64,000 nucleotides of DNA, taken from the NCBI GenBank assembly GCA_020161295.1, contig JAIUOA010000007.1, forward strand, positions 24,612 through 88,611, in the 5' to 3' direction. Shown piece by piece: positions 34,800-46,273 of the stretch. The notes under the pieces were generated by a model. That model was given only the letters and a program-made list of their open reading frames with translations. It was not told the DNA's origin and ran no database searches. This stretch comes from Bacillota bacterium. GTDB lineage: Bacteria; Bacillota; Clostridia; Peptostreptococcales; Acidaminobacteraceae. Numbering within the stretch: position 1 is the stretch's first letter; every line of letters starts with the position of its first letter. The position numbers and the translations under genes were made by a program.

Positions 34800-36623
34800 A
34801 TGATTCGAAAAATCGTTATTACTTTATTATTTACATTATTATTGAGTGGTTCATTTGTCTTCGCTTCACCCATTTTAGGCGGAAAGTATACAGAAGGTAA
34901 CGTGATTCTCTCTGGACAACCTGTTTCGTTTTCTCCTGCGCCGTTCATCCTGAATGGTGAAATTATGGTGCCTGCAAAGTCGTTTAGTGAGAAGATCGGC
35001 GCTCAAGTTATCTGGAACGAATCCACCGGTGAAGTCATCAGCTATCGCGACAACATCTATATCAAATATAAACCGAGCTCCGCAACCGCACAAGTGAACG
35101 GAAAGGCTAAGACACTTCCTGTGCGGTCGATTCTCTATAAAGGCGAGCTATTCATCCCCGCTTCTTTTGCCGTGAAGTCACACGAGCTTAATCATACCAT
35201 CGACGGTACTATCATCAACATCAATTATAAAGAAAACGTCCCTGAATACCAACAATTTGGTTTCAGACATTTTAAGCGCATCAGCTTAGCCAATTGGGGC
35301 ATCAGCTTTTACATTCCAGAATACTGGGAGGCAGTTGGTGATGGTTTCAATGTCTATGGTGTAGACAATACCTTTGAATCTTATAAGCTCAGCGTTGAAC
35401 TGATTCCTGATAAAACTTACAACAGCCGTTCCGTTATGACCAATGCCATTACCGAAGATCTATTCGCCACCTATGGCGATAATCTAACCATTCTATCTAC
35501 CAGTACCGTTCAAATGGGAGACTATACTTCAGATGTCATCGAATATGAGTTGACTAACTCGGTCACTAAGATGCACCATGTGAAGTACCTGTTTTTCGAA
35601 CAAGGCATCGGCTATGTGCTCACAGGAGAAACCCCTAGCACCAGTGATCTCGCTGAAAGCCGTGAAATATTCGAGCTTATCTCAGGAACCTTTAGCATCA
35701 TAAAGCTCACTGTAAACGAAAAACTTGAGCATTACTCGGAATATAATAAATTTTTCGAATACGGTGTGAACCTCACACGCATAACGCACTCCAACATGAC
35801 GGTAAGCAATCAGTTCATACTCTCTGGAACCTTAGAAAATGCCCCTTCAGGCGCATCTGTCGTCGTCACGGTTACGAAGGACCTTAAGTCGCGCACAACG
35901 GTTATTCCATTAACGGATAATGCGTTTAGCGGCGTAATATACACCCCTTTCGGATTAGGTAAGCATAATGTTTCCATGTATATTACCACAGATGAAATCA
36001 ACAACACCGGACAAGCCATCTTGAACGCAGACATTATCGGCGCATTGCTTCTCACCTATGATAAGGGCTTAGATTTGTTGACTCAGCAGCTACTTCTTCA
36101 AGAACAGCTACCTGAAGAAAATGATCTGGTGTTAAAATTTAGCGCGTTAAATGTAAGCTCTGAGGACATCCAGTACTTACTGCCGTCAAGCTTCATCAAT
36201 TACGATGTGCAAGCGCTTTATGGCCTATCTACTGCCGCAACCTTTAATTTGTCTAACCAGTATTCAAAAGCAAAGGCTTTATATGAGTGGATGCTCTCTG
36301 AGTACACCCTCATCAGTGATCGTCCTATCATCGCCATTCGTCCTGTGGATCAACTCATAACAAACAGCATCGAGCTAAACGAAGTGGAATTAAACTTCCT
36401 CTATACTGGGTTACTCAGGTCTGTGGACATACCCGCGCGCGTAATGCGTGGCGTCACAGAAGCGGGAGTAGACTACTGGGTTGAGCTAATGATCAATGGG
36501 CGCTGGCTTATCGCCGCACCCGCTATGGAGATGAACCAATTATCAGAGCTTTCAGAATACTTTGGCATCGACCTTAATGACCTCTATCCAAACTACGGCA
36601 TCATCGAAGAAGTGGATTTATAA
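34800..36623 (+). CDS. Secreted protein with a copper-amine-oxidase-N-terminal-like stalk domain and a degenerate transglutaminase-like C-terminal domain
   Basis: Signal peptide, then FILNGEIMVPAKSFSEKIGAQVIWNE. The C-terminus has ...LLRSVDIPARVMRG...DYWVEL...GRWLIAAP. The ATG at 34800 has GGTGG 5 nt upstream. Confidence 0.65.
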   Translation: MIRKIVITLLFTLLLSGSFVFASPILGGKYTEGNVILSGQPVSFSPAPFILNGEIMVPAKSFSEKIGAQVIWNESTGEVISYRDNIYIKYKPSSATAQVNGKAKTLPVRSILYKGELFIPASFAVKSHELNHTIDGTIININYKENVPEYQQFGFRHFKRISLANWGISFYIPEYWEAVGDGFNVYGVDNTFESYKLSVELIPDKTYNSRSVMTNAITEDLFATYGDNLTILSTSTVQMGDYTSDVIEYELTNSVTKMHHVKYLFFEQGIGYVLTGETPSTSDLAESREIFELISGTFSIIKLTVNEKLEHYSEYNKFFEYGVNLTRITHSNMTVSNQFILSGTLENAPSGASVVVTVTKDLKSRTTVIPLTDNAFSGVIYTPFGLGKHNVSMYITTDEINNTGQAILNADIIGALLLTYDKGLDLLTQQLLLQEQLPEENDLVLKFSALNVSSEDIQYLLPSSFINYDVQALYGLSTAATFNLSNQYSKAKALYEWMLSEYTLISDRPIIAIRPVDQLITNSIELNEVELNFLYTGLLRSVDIPARVMRGVTEAGVDYWVELMINGRWLIAAPAMEMNQLSELSEYFGIDLNDLYPNYGIIEEVDL

Positions 36624-36655
36624 TGACCATGAGCCATTCACCATGAAATAACGAG

Positions 36656-36698
36656 AGGAGTTGTTGCCTATTTAATAGGAAACAACTCCTCTATTTTT
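36656..36698. terminator. Terminator between convergent genes
   Basis: Hairpin AGGAGTTGTT/AACAACTCCT followed by CTATTTTT on the plus strand. Confidence 0.6.
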
Positions 36699-36720
36699 AT
36701 GTGCTTAATTCTACTTATAT

Positions 36721-37533
36721 TTAGATTAGACCGAGAATCTTTCTCGCTTCATCTGGCGTCGCTACTTCTCTGCCCATTTCCTTTGCGATTCTCACGATAC
36801 GCTCAACGAGCTCAGCATTTGAAGTGGCAAGTCTACCTTTGCTGTAATAGACGTTATCCTCGAAGCCCACGCGAACGTGTCCACCTAAAATAATGGCCAT
36901 TACTGCGAGTGGAAGCTCGCTTCTGCCGATACCTGCAACCGTCCATGTCCAACCCTCAGGCAGCTGATTCACCATGAACATTAAGTCTTCTGGCGTACCT
37001 GGACAAGCACCTGGAACACCTAAAACAAAGTCCACATGAAGGGGTGCCTTTACGAGGCCTTTCTTCACTAAGGCTTTTGCATTCTCGATCATACCGCGCT
37101 CAAACACTTCGATTTCAGGTTTAACACCCATCTCTTGCATTTTAACGGCGAACTTTTCAATATATTCTTCTGAATTCATGAACACATCTGGCCCAAAGTT
37201 GCAGGTTCCACAGCTAAGTGTCGCCATCTCTGGCGAAAGATCTACTGGCTGAAGTCTTTGCTCTGGCGTATGCCATACGGCACCACCTGTTGAAGGCTGG
37301 AAGATGATATTACATTTTTCTGCGATTTTTTCTTTGATTTGACGGTAAACTTCCGCATCCTGCGTCGGATTACCTTCTGCGTCTCTCGCGTGAATATGCA
37401 CGATAGACGCACCTGCTTCATAACATTTAAATGCTTCCTCAGCAATTTCATCTGGCGTGATCGGCAAATGAGGCTGTTGCGCTCTCGTAACTTCTGCGCC
37501 TGTCAAAGCAGCCGTTATTATCAATTTTTCCAT
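36721..37533 (-). CDS. kce: 3-keto-5-aminohexanoate cleavage enzyme (BKACE/DUF849 family)
   Basis: Reads IITAALTGAEVTRAQQPHLPITPDEIAEEA...VHIHARD...GGHVRVGFEDN, including the Zn ligands His-x-His and Glu. 270 aa. Confidence 0.85.
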   Translation of the reverse strand: MEKLIITAALTGAEVTRAQQPHLPITPDEIAEEAFKCYEAGASIVHIHARDAEGNPTQDAEVYRQIKEKIAEKCNIIFQPSTGGAVWHTPEQRLQPVDLSPEMATLSCGTCNFGPDVFMNSEEYIEKFAVKMQEMGVKPEIEVFERGMIENAKALVKKGLVKAPLHVDFVLGVPGACPGTPEDLMFMVNQLPEGWTWTVAGIGRSELPLAVMAIILGGHVRVGFEDNVYYSKGRLATSNAELVERIVRIAKEMGREVATPDEARKILGLI

Positions 37534-37545
37534 CGTTCCCTCCGA

Positions 37546-37932
37546 CTATCTTCTCTGTTTGTTCTTAGGAACGACGCAAGTACCCACTGCACGGCACACG
37601 ACGATTGGCTCTTCGAGTACATCACATGCGGATTCATTGATATCAGGTCTCGGAATAATGACCTTTCTCGCTTCAAACACCATTTTTCTAGACGAATTTC
37701 CCATTTGAGTAATTTCGCCCACCGCCTCGATATAATCGCCAGCGTAAACAGGTGCTAAAAACTCTACTTTTTCGTAACCCGCAAATAACCCTTCGTCGCC
37801 ATCTTGACGAATGAGTAACTCTGTGGCCACATCACCAAACAAATTAAGCATTTTAGCGCCATCGACCAAGTTGCCACCGTAGTGTGCGTCGTGCATGCTC
37901 ATGCGCATTCTAATCATCGATTGTTGACTCAT
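37546..37932 (-). CDS. kal: Hotdog-fold protein, probable 3-aminobutyryl-CoA ammonia-lyase
   Basis: 128 aa containing [33 protein letters not shown]. Lies directly upstream of kce. Confidence 0.65.
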   Translation of the reverse strand: MSQQSMIRMRMSMHDAHYGGNLVDGAKMLNLFGDVATELLIRQDGDEGLFAGYEKVEFLAPVYAGDYIEAVGEITQMGNSSRKMVFEARKVIIPRPDINESACDVLEEPIVVCRAVGTCVVPKNKQRR

Positions 37933-37980
37933 AAAAGTCCCTCCTGTAACTATTTTTAATGATAGTTTCCCTCATATCCT

Positions 37981-38009
37981 ATTGTAGTGGAGGAACGATG
38001 ACTGGTCAA
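37981..38009 (-). promoter_or_regulatory. Sigma-A-type promoter for kal-kce
   Basis: TTGACC-17 nt-TACAAT on the minus strand. Confidence 0.5.
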
Positions 38010-38047
38010 GTACGATACACGAGGATGATCGGGCGATGATGGTTCGG

Positions 38048-39769
<1,722 letters not shown>

Positions 39770-39824
39770 TCAAGTAGCCACCCTTATGGGTGTCACTATA
39801 CCGATTCAATTATAACACTTGAAT

Positions 39825-39853
39825 AGTATATCCACTTCACCTATTGTCGTCAA
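39825..39853 (-). promoter_or_regulatory. Sigma-A-type promoter upstream of the pyrG leader
   Basis: TTGACG-17 nt-TATACT, starting 8 nt after the SLH gene stop. Confidence 0.5.
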
Positions 39854-39860
39854 TTAAAAT

Positions 39861-41798
39861 TTATGGCGTTTGAACCGTTATTTTGATTACCTCAAAAATC
39901 GTATCCGCAATCGCTTTTCCTTCGATGAATAAAACTTGACCTGCTTTATAGGTTGATGCTTTATAAACACTATTTAATGGGAAGGTTACCGTTCTTATGC
40001 GATTGGATTCATCGACTACCAAGAGAATATTTGAGGAATCAACCACTTGAGATACGGTCGCTTTAATACCTGTTGGTTCAGCGACGATTTTTCTGCCGAG
40101 CTGAACCTTGATGATGCCACCGATCCCCACATCCACCGTCACATCTTGTTCAAGCCTGAAATCATAAATGCTCAAGGTGTTTTCGCCACCCTCCGTCAAC
40201 AGCTTGACCTTCGATGATAACGGGTAGGTTTCTACTGCACCTGTACTAAGGGTAACGGTCATCTCTGGTGCTTTCTTGATGTGGATTCCCGTAATCCTGC
40301 CGACGACGGTTTTTGCTTGACCGATGTATTCAAGCTTTGTGACTTCGCCGAATTTGAGCGTCGCTTTAACGATATCGCCGCGTTTAAATCCGTTTGCCGC
40401 ATTTACATATGAAACAGCTGCTCCAAGTTTACTTGAATAGATATTGTTGTTTTCCAGTTTTATCGCGATGTTACCAGGGGCTTTTACATCCACAGGGGTT
40501 TCCAAAATGCCGATAAACTCATACAGCTCTGCATAGGCATTGATACGCTTTACATTGAAGCCATCATAGTAAACTTCGATTTTGTAACCGATTTTCAAAT
40601 CCTTAACATCCGCTTTCAGACCATTTATGGTGACGATAAACTGCCCGTCGTAAATGTTCTTAAAATCGACAGTTTTATTTGCGAGGGTCGTCTTGATGGT
40701 TCTACGGTTCTTCTCAAGTCCGATATAATCGGAAACAAGTGCTAACGTGCCTTCAAGTCTATCAAACGTGCGCTCTAAAGCCGCTCCGGTGACGATATCG
40801 CCATTCAGCGTCAGCTCAATTTGCGCATCTAAGGTAATCTGATTAAAGGATGCTGGGTTACCAGCAGCCGTTATGACGGCTTGATCTAATACAAAGGTTT
40901 TCTGAGTACCCAAGGTATTCTGTACCGTTACCGATAAAGTGGAGTCGTCCACCGCCTTTACCAATCCGCTGAAGATTTTGCTAGTGGCGATACTGCCTGG
41001 ATCAGTGGAAGTGTTATCAGTAGGCGTCGTAGGGTTCGTCGGTGTCGGGGTCGTCGACGTCCCTTCAGTTCCAGTACTTGGTGTTTGATTATCACCTGTG
41101 GTCAATGCTTTATAAAGTCCATTGATAAAAATAGCTAATGTCGCACGGTTGATGGTGGCGTTAGGATTAAACTTGCCAAGTGCATCCCCTTTACTGGAGA
41201 CGATTCCATGTTCAATCAATAGATTTACATATTTAATGGCGCTAAGCGATATTTCAGCCGCGTCTTTATAGCTTAACAGTATGATCTTGTTCAAATTTTC
41301 TTGCTTATAGACATTGAGCGCTTTAGCCACAATCACAGCAGCGTTTATTTTTTTTACATTGGTGAGCGTGGTGCCACTGATGAACACTTTAATTTCATCC
41401 AGTGTCAATATGCCATATTCAATGGCATAAGAGAGTGCGGGATAAACATCCGAGCCATAAGGTGCTAGCATGCGAGGAAGTCCTAAAGCCGCAAGGCTTG
41501 CATCGTATTTAGTGCTCAGCGCCGCGATTTTTGAATTGTCCAAAAGGCCAGCAACCTTAACTGCACGGTATACTGATACCACTGTTTCAAGATTCGTCAC
41601 TACCGACTCAGGCTTAAAGGAGCCGTCCGCATAGAGCGGTTGGATGTTCTGGCTAACCATGGTCTGAATTTGAGCGTTTGCCCAATGGGTGGATGACACA
41701 TCGGTGGCCGCAAGCGCAATGCCGCTATTTCCCACAAGTATGGCACACAGCAACAATACCATCAGTTGACTGAATATCTTACGCGTTTTTTTATGCAT
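39861..41798 (-). CDS. S-layer-homology (SLH) domain wall-associated protein
   Basis: Signal peptide followed by SLH repeats (THWANAQIQTMV..., DGSFKPE...), a Thr/Pro-rich linker and a beta-rich C-terminal region. Confidence 0.75.
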   Translation of the reverse strand: MHKKTRKIFSQLMVLLLCAILVGNSGIALAATDVSSTHWANAQIQTMVSQNIQPLYADGSFKPESVVTNLETVVSVYRAVKVAGLLDNSKIAALSTKYDASLAALGLPRMLAPYGSDVYPALSYAIEYGILTLDEIKVFISGTTLTNVKKINAAVIVAKALNVYKQENLNKIILLSYKDAAEISLSAIKYVNLLIEHGIVSSKGDALGKFNPNATINRATLAIFINGLYKALTTGDNQTPSTGTEGTSTTPTPTNPTTPTDNTSTDPGSIATSKIFSGLVKAVDDSTLSVTVQNTLGTQKTFVLDQAVITAAGNPASFNQITLDAQIELTLNGDIVTGAALERTFDRLEGTLALVSDYIGLEKNRRTIKTTLANKTVDFKNIYDGQFIVTINGLKADVKDLKIGYKIEVYYDGFNVKRINAYAELYEFIGILETPVDVKAPGNIAIKLENNNIYSSKLGAAVSYVNAANGFKRGDIVKATLKFGEVTKLEYIGQAKTVVGRITGIHIKKAPEMTVTLSTGAVETYPLSSKVKLLTEGGENTLSIYDFRLEQDVTVDVGIGGIIKVQLGRKIVAEPTGIKATVSQVVDSSNILLVVDESNRIRTVTFPLNSVYKASTYKAGQVLFIEGKAIADTIFEVIKITVQTP

Positions 41799-42008
41799 TT
41801 TATTACCTCCATCTCCTAAGTCCGCTCAAATGCTTGTAAAGTGGACTCTTTGTCTAAAACCATTATATCATGGGGTACTCGTTTTCTTTATTAAATTTAT
41901 TTTACTCACTGGCATTATAAGGTTAAATGAACTAGGCTTTTATGATAAAATAAGAAATGTGGAAGTTGAAATTTTCCAGTTTCCTAAATACTCAAAAGAG
42001 GTTCAGAA

Positions 42009-42770
42009 ATGCCAATCTATGACTATCAAGACTTAAAAATTAACTATATGAGAGAAGGTTCTGGTTCCCCCCTATTATTTTTACATGGATGGGGCGCCGA
42101 TTTAACGAGCTTTAACGTGCTTGCTGACGCGCTAAAAAAGCGCTATGACGTTATCGCGCTTGACTTTCCAGGCTTCGGAAAATCGGACGAGCCCAAAACG
42201 CCATGGAACCTCGATGATTACACCGCATTTACCGAGTCATTCACTAAGGACTTAGGGATTATTAATCCTGTCCTTTTAGGCCATTCCTTCGGTGGACGTG
42301 TTTCCATCAAACTGGCGAGTAAGGTTAATCCCCAAAAAATCGTTTTGATGAACAGTGCGGGCATCAAGCCAAAACGATCTACCAGCTACTACTTCAGGGT
42401 ATATGGCTATAAGTTTTTCAGAACCGTGGCTGCGCTACCATTGCTCAAATGGATCCTATCAGAACCATTAGAGGCTTATCGCGCCATCTATTCCAGTAGC
42501 GATTATAAACAAGCGTCTCCCATCATGAAACAGGTGTTATCGAAGGTCGTCAACGAGGATCTGAGACACCACCTAAAGGCTATCAACGTTCCCGTATTAC
42601 TCATATGGGGCGATCAAGACCAGTCGACGCCTATTGAAGACGCGCGATTGATGGAAAAGCTGATTCCAGATGCAGGTCTCGTGGTTTATGAAGGGGCAGG
42701 ACACTTTTCATATCTAGAACAACCCGCTAAGACATTGACGATCTTAGGCACATTTCTGGGAGGCAAATAA
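42009..42770 (+). CDS. Alpha/beta-fold hydrolase
   Basis: Contains LLFLHGWG, the nucleophile elbow GHSFGG and a C-terminal GAGHF His. 253 aa. Confidence 0.8.
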   Translation: MPIYDYQDLKINYMREGSGSPLLFLHGWGADLTSFNVLADALKKRYDVIALDFPGFGKSDEPKTPWNLDDYTAFTESFTKDLGIINPVLLGHSFGGRVSIKLASKVNPQKIVLMNSAGIKPKRSTSYYFRVYGYKFFRTVAALPLLKWILSEPLEAYRAIYSSSDYKQASPIMKQVLSKVVNEDLRHHLKAINVPVLLIWGDQDQSTPIEDARLMEKLIPDAGLVVYEGAGHFSYLEQPAKTLTILGTFLGGK

Positions 42771-44359
42771 TGCATTTTACAATTTTGGGACTGGCGATCA
42801 TCCTCTTGATGACTTGGCTTAGAAATATCTCGGATGTCCACAGGTTTCAACTGTTTGGTTATTACATGAACCAGACCTTGGCCTCCGTTAAAAAAAATAA
42901 AGGCAAACTGCTTCGTCCTTATGAAACCCTCTTTTTTCTAGGTGTATGGGGAACGCTCGCCGCACCATTCACATGGTTACGCATTATTGGCGTCCTACTT
43001 CTGGTGATTTCGTTTTATTTTGCTAGGCTGATAACCAAGGCCACACCCGCCAAAAAGAAACTGGTCTTTACACCGCGCGTGAAACGCATGCTGGCAACCT
43101 CTGCCATCCTGCTATTAGTTGCCGGAACCGTTATGGTATTTTTGCCTGGCGCTCTAAGTGCCCTTCTGGCTTCTCTCATCTACCCACTCAGTTTTCTAAT
43201 CATTACTGCAGCGAACTTTGTAAACAAGCCTATCGAAAGATTCATAAATGAGGGATATTATAACGACGCGCTTAAGATTTTATCCGCTAATCCTAAACTT
43301 ACGGTCATCGGCATCACGGGGAGCTATGGTAAAACCAGTACGAAGAACGTCCTTTACACCATGCTGTCAAAGGATTTTAACGTGCTGATGACACCTGAAA
43401 GCTTCAATACGAAAATGGGGCTTACACGCACCATAAGAGAACACTTGCGCCCGACCCATCAAATTCTGATCGCCGAAATGGGTGCTAAAGAAGTGGGTGA
43501 TATCAAAGAACTCTGCGATTTCGTAAAACCCACTTATGGCGTTATCACTTCCATCGGCCCGCAGCATTTGGATACGTTTAAGACATTTGAAAACATCATC
43601 TCCACAAAGGGAGAATTATTTAAATACCTGGCACCAAATGGTACTGCTTTCGTAAACGTAGACGATGAGAATGTTCGTAACATCAAACTTAGAGATGACG
43701 TCACTGCAGTTCGCTATACTGCTGATGACCGGATCGAATTTTCTCCAGATTATTACATCGAGGCGGTTTCAGTTTCGAATACCGGCTCTAGTTTCACCCT
43801 GGTTCAGCGAAAAACGGGGAAAAAAATACGGCTCTCGACCAAACTTTTAGGACGTCATAACCTATCAAACATTATCGCGGGCATCGCCATCGCCCTTCAA
43901 CTCGGCGTTTCCATGGACCGCCTACCCGTGATGACAGCTGACCTAAAGCCCGTAACCCATCGTCTTTCAACACGTAGAGTAAATGAGACTTATACGGTTC
44001 TGGATGATGCGTTCAACTCGAATCCTGTGGGCTCGAAGATGGCACTGGAAGTCCTTTCCCAGTTTGAAGGCAATAAAAAAATAATCATTACACCCGGGAT
44101 GGTTGAACTCGGTGATCAAGCCTATGAATTAAACAAACAGTTTGGCGCTGCAATTGCAGAAGTCTGTGATTTTACGATTCTCGTCGGCAAAAAGCAAACC
44201 ACCCCTATTCAAGATGGACTTAAAGAAAAATCATACCCAGAACGTCAGCTGTATATTGCAAGCAACTTAAATGACGCCTTCAGAAAGCTTCATGAAATAG
44301 TCGCCCTTAACGATGTGGTGTTAATCGAAAACGATTTGCCAGATACCTATAACGAATAA
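42770..44359 (+). CDS. murF: MurF-type Mur ligase with a hydrophobic N-terminal region in place of the usual N-domain
   Basis: Contains GITGSYGKTSTKN, SIGPQHLDTF and DDAFNSNP. The first ~170 aa are mostly hydrophobic. The ATG overlaps the hydrolase stop codon. Confidence 0.8.
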   Translation: MHFTILGLAIILLMTWLRNISDVHRFQLFGYYMNQTLASVKKNKGKLLRPYETLFFLGVWGTLAAPFTWLRIIGVLLLVISFYFARLITKATPAKKKLVFTPRVKRMLATSAILLLVAGTVMVFLPGALSALLASLIYPLSFLIITAANFVNKPIERFINEGYYNDALKILSANPKLTVIGITGSYGKTSTKNVLYTMLSKDFNVLMTPESFNTKMGLTRTIREHLRPTHQILIAEMGAKEVGDIKELCDFVKPTYGVITSIGPQHLDTFKTFENIISTKGELFKYLAPNGTAFVNVDDENVRNIKLRDDVTAVRYTADDRIEFSPDYYIEAVSVSNTGSSFTLVQRKTGKKIRLSTKLLGRHNLSNIIAGIAIALQLGVSMDRLPVMTADLKPVTHRLSTRRVNETYTVLDDAFNSNPVGSKMALEVLSQFEGNKKIIITPGMVELGDQAYELNKQFGAAIAEVCDFTILVGKKQTTPIQDGLKEKSYPERQLYIASNLNDAFRKLHEIVALNDVVLIENDLPDTYNE

Positions 44360-44368
44360 GGAGTAATC

Positions 44369-45535
44369 ATGATTCATATTGGAGTATTTTTCGGAGGTCC
44401 AAGTGTCGAGCACGAAGTCTCCGTCATCACGGCGCAACAAGCCATCGCCCAACTAAAAAAAATGACCGACTATAAAGTGGTTCCCATCTATATTTCTAAG
44501 CAAAACCGATGGTATACTGGAGACTATTTGTTGGAAGTCGAACATTTCAAAGATTTAAAAAAGGTGATTGCCGAATCGAAGCAGGTTAGTCTCGTGAAGG
44601 GCGAAAGAAATGCCCTCTTGATTCATAATCCAGTAAAACGCTTTACTGATGCTTTAATCGACCATATCGATGTCGCGTTTCCCATTATACACGGTACCGG
44701 TGGTGAAGATGGCACCCTTCAAGGTTTCATCGAGCATCTGGAAATTCCTTATGTGGGTTGTAATGTGCTGGCGGCAGCCCTTACCATGGATAAGATCGCC
44801 TCTAAATTATTCTTACAAAGCTCAGGAATCCGCGTCGTGGAAGGCGAATGGTTCTATACGCACCACTGGCTCAGCTATCCAAACGACATTGTCGATGATT
44901 TGGAAAAGAAGCTTAAGTATCCGATGATCGTCAAACCTGCTGATACTGGATCAAGTGTCGGTGTTAAGCCTGCTAAAAATAGAAATGAGCTCATCGAGGC
45001 CATCGACTTCGCTAGACTATTCTCAACCCGAATCCTCGTGGAGCGCATGCTGATCGGAATGCGTGAAATCAACATTTCCGTTCTAGGGGACAGCGAAAAG
45101 CTCGAGCTTTCCGTTTGTGAGGAGCCCATCACCACCAGTGAATTTCTCACTTACGAGGATAAGTACGTTAGCGGTGGACAGACGAAAGGCATGTCTTCGG
45201 CGAAGCGTCAAATTCCTGCAGATTTGACACCTGAGCTTAGAATCGAAATTGAGCGTATGGCCGCCGAAGCCTTTATCGCACTTGATTGCGCTGGTGTTAC
45301 TCGCATCGATTTCATGATTGATAAACAAACAGGTCGCCCTTATATTAACGAGTTTAATACCATTCCAGGTTCACTTTCCTTTTACCTCTGGGAAGCGACT
45401 GGGAAGCCATTCGCTGAGATGTTACAAGCGATGATTGATGCCGCATACCGCGGTTATCGCCGTAAACAAGCCTTAACCCGTTCCAATGAAATAAATATAT
45501 TATCTACGGCAGACTTAAAAGGACTAAAAAAATAA
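44369..45535 (+). CDS. ddl: D-alanine--D-alanine ligase (long form)
   Basis: Contains FFGGPSVEHEVSVITA and an ATP-grasp fold. The omega loop reads YEDKY, retaining the Lys-Tyr pair. Confidence 0.88.
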   Translation: MIHIGVFFGGPSVEHEVSVITAQQAIAQLKKMTDYKVVPIYISKQNRWYTGDYLLEVEHFKDLKKVIAESKQVSLVKGERNALLIHNPVKRFTDALIDHIDVAFPIIHGTGGEDGTLQGFIEHLEIPYVGCNVLAAALTMDKIASKLFLQSSGIRVVEGEWFYTHHWLSYPNDIVDDLEKKLKYPMIVKPADTGSSVGVKPAKNRNELIEAIDFARLFSTRILVERMLIGMREINISVLGDSEKLELSVCEEPITTSEFLTYEDKYVSGGQTKGMSSAKRQIPADLTPELRIEIERMAAEAFIALDCAGVTRIDFMIDKQTGRPYINEFNTIPGSLSFYLWEATGKPFAEMLQAMIDAAYRGYRRKQALTRSNEINILSTADLKGLKK

Positions 45536-45586
45536 GCACGATGTTTAATACAGCGCCAAACATTATTGGTTAGTGGGGGGAACACT

Positions 45587-46270
45587 ATGGAAAAAATACT
45601 GATTGTAGAAGATGATCTTCAGATTCAAACGCTCATCCGGGATTATGTCAATGCGTCTGGTTATATTGCAGTGACTGCTTCTGATGGGGAAGAAGCCTTA
45701 CAAAAATTTGAATCTGAAAAACCAAAACTCGCACTTCTAGACATTATACTCCCTAAAATCGACGGATTTGAGCTCTGTCGTAAAATTCGAAGCGAATCTA
45801 CAATCCCCATCATCATGATCAGTTCTAAAAAGGAAGATACGGATAAAATACTTGCGCTTGGATTAGGCGCTGACGATTATATCGAAAAGCCATTTAGTCC
45901 TAGAGTTCTTATCGCGAAAATCCAGTCACAATTCAGAAGGGTGAACGTCCTTTCTGGCACACCTCAATCCGAGACATTTGCGATTCGCGATTTGGAGCTT
46001 GATGTAAAAGCGAGAACCGTAAGCGTTAAGGGTGAGCAGGTTCCCTTTTCAGTGAAAGAGTTCGAAATTCTTCATTATCTCATGCTCAATAAAAACCAAG
46101 CCCTTTCAAGAGAAAAAATCTTCGATGAAATTTGGGGATATAATGAGTTTGGCGATATTAACACCGTCACAGTCCATATGCGAAAAATCAGGGAAAAAAT
46201 TGAGCTAGATCCTTCCAATCCAGAATATATCGAGACGGTATGGGGAATCGGCTATAAGTTTAAAGGTTAG
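45587..46270 (+). CDS. OmpR-family response regulator
   Basis: Contains ILIVEDD and a receiver Asp in LLDIILP, with a winged-helix C-terminus (VWGIGYKF). The ATG at 45587 follows GGGGGGA. Confidence 0.9.
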   Translation: MEKILIVEDDLQIQTLIRDYVNASGYIAVTASDGEEALQKFESEKPKLALLDIILPKIDGFELCRKIRSESTIPIIMISSKKEDTDKILALGLGADDYIEKPFSPRVLIAKIQSQFRRVNVLSGTPQSETFAIRDLELDVKARTVSVKGEQVPFSVKEFEILHYLMLNKNQALSREKIFDEIWGYNEFGDINTVTVHMRKIREKIELDPSNPEYIETVWGIGYKFKG

Positions 46271-46273
46271 TTT

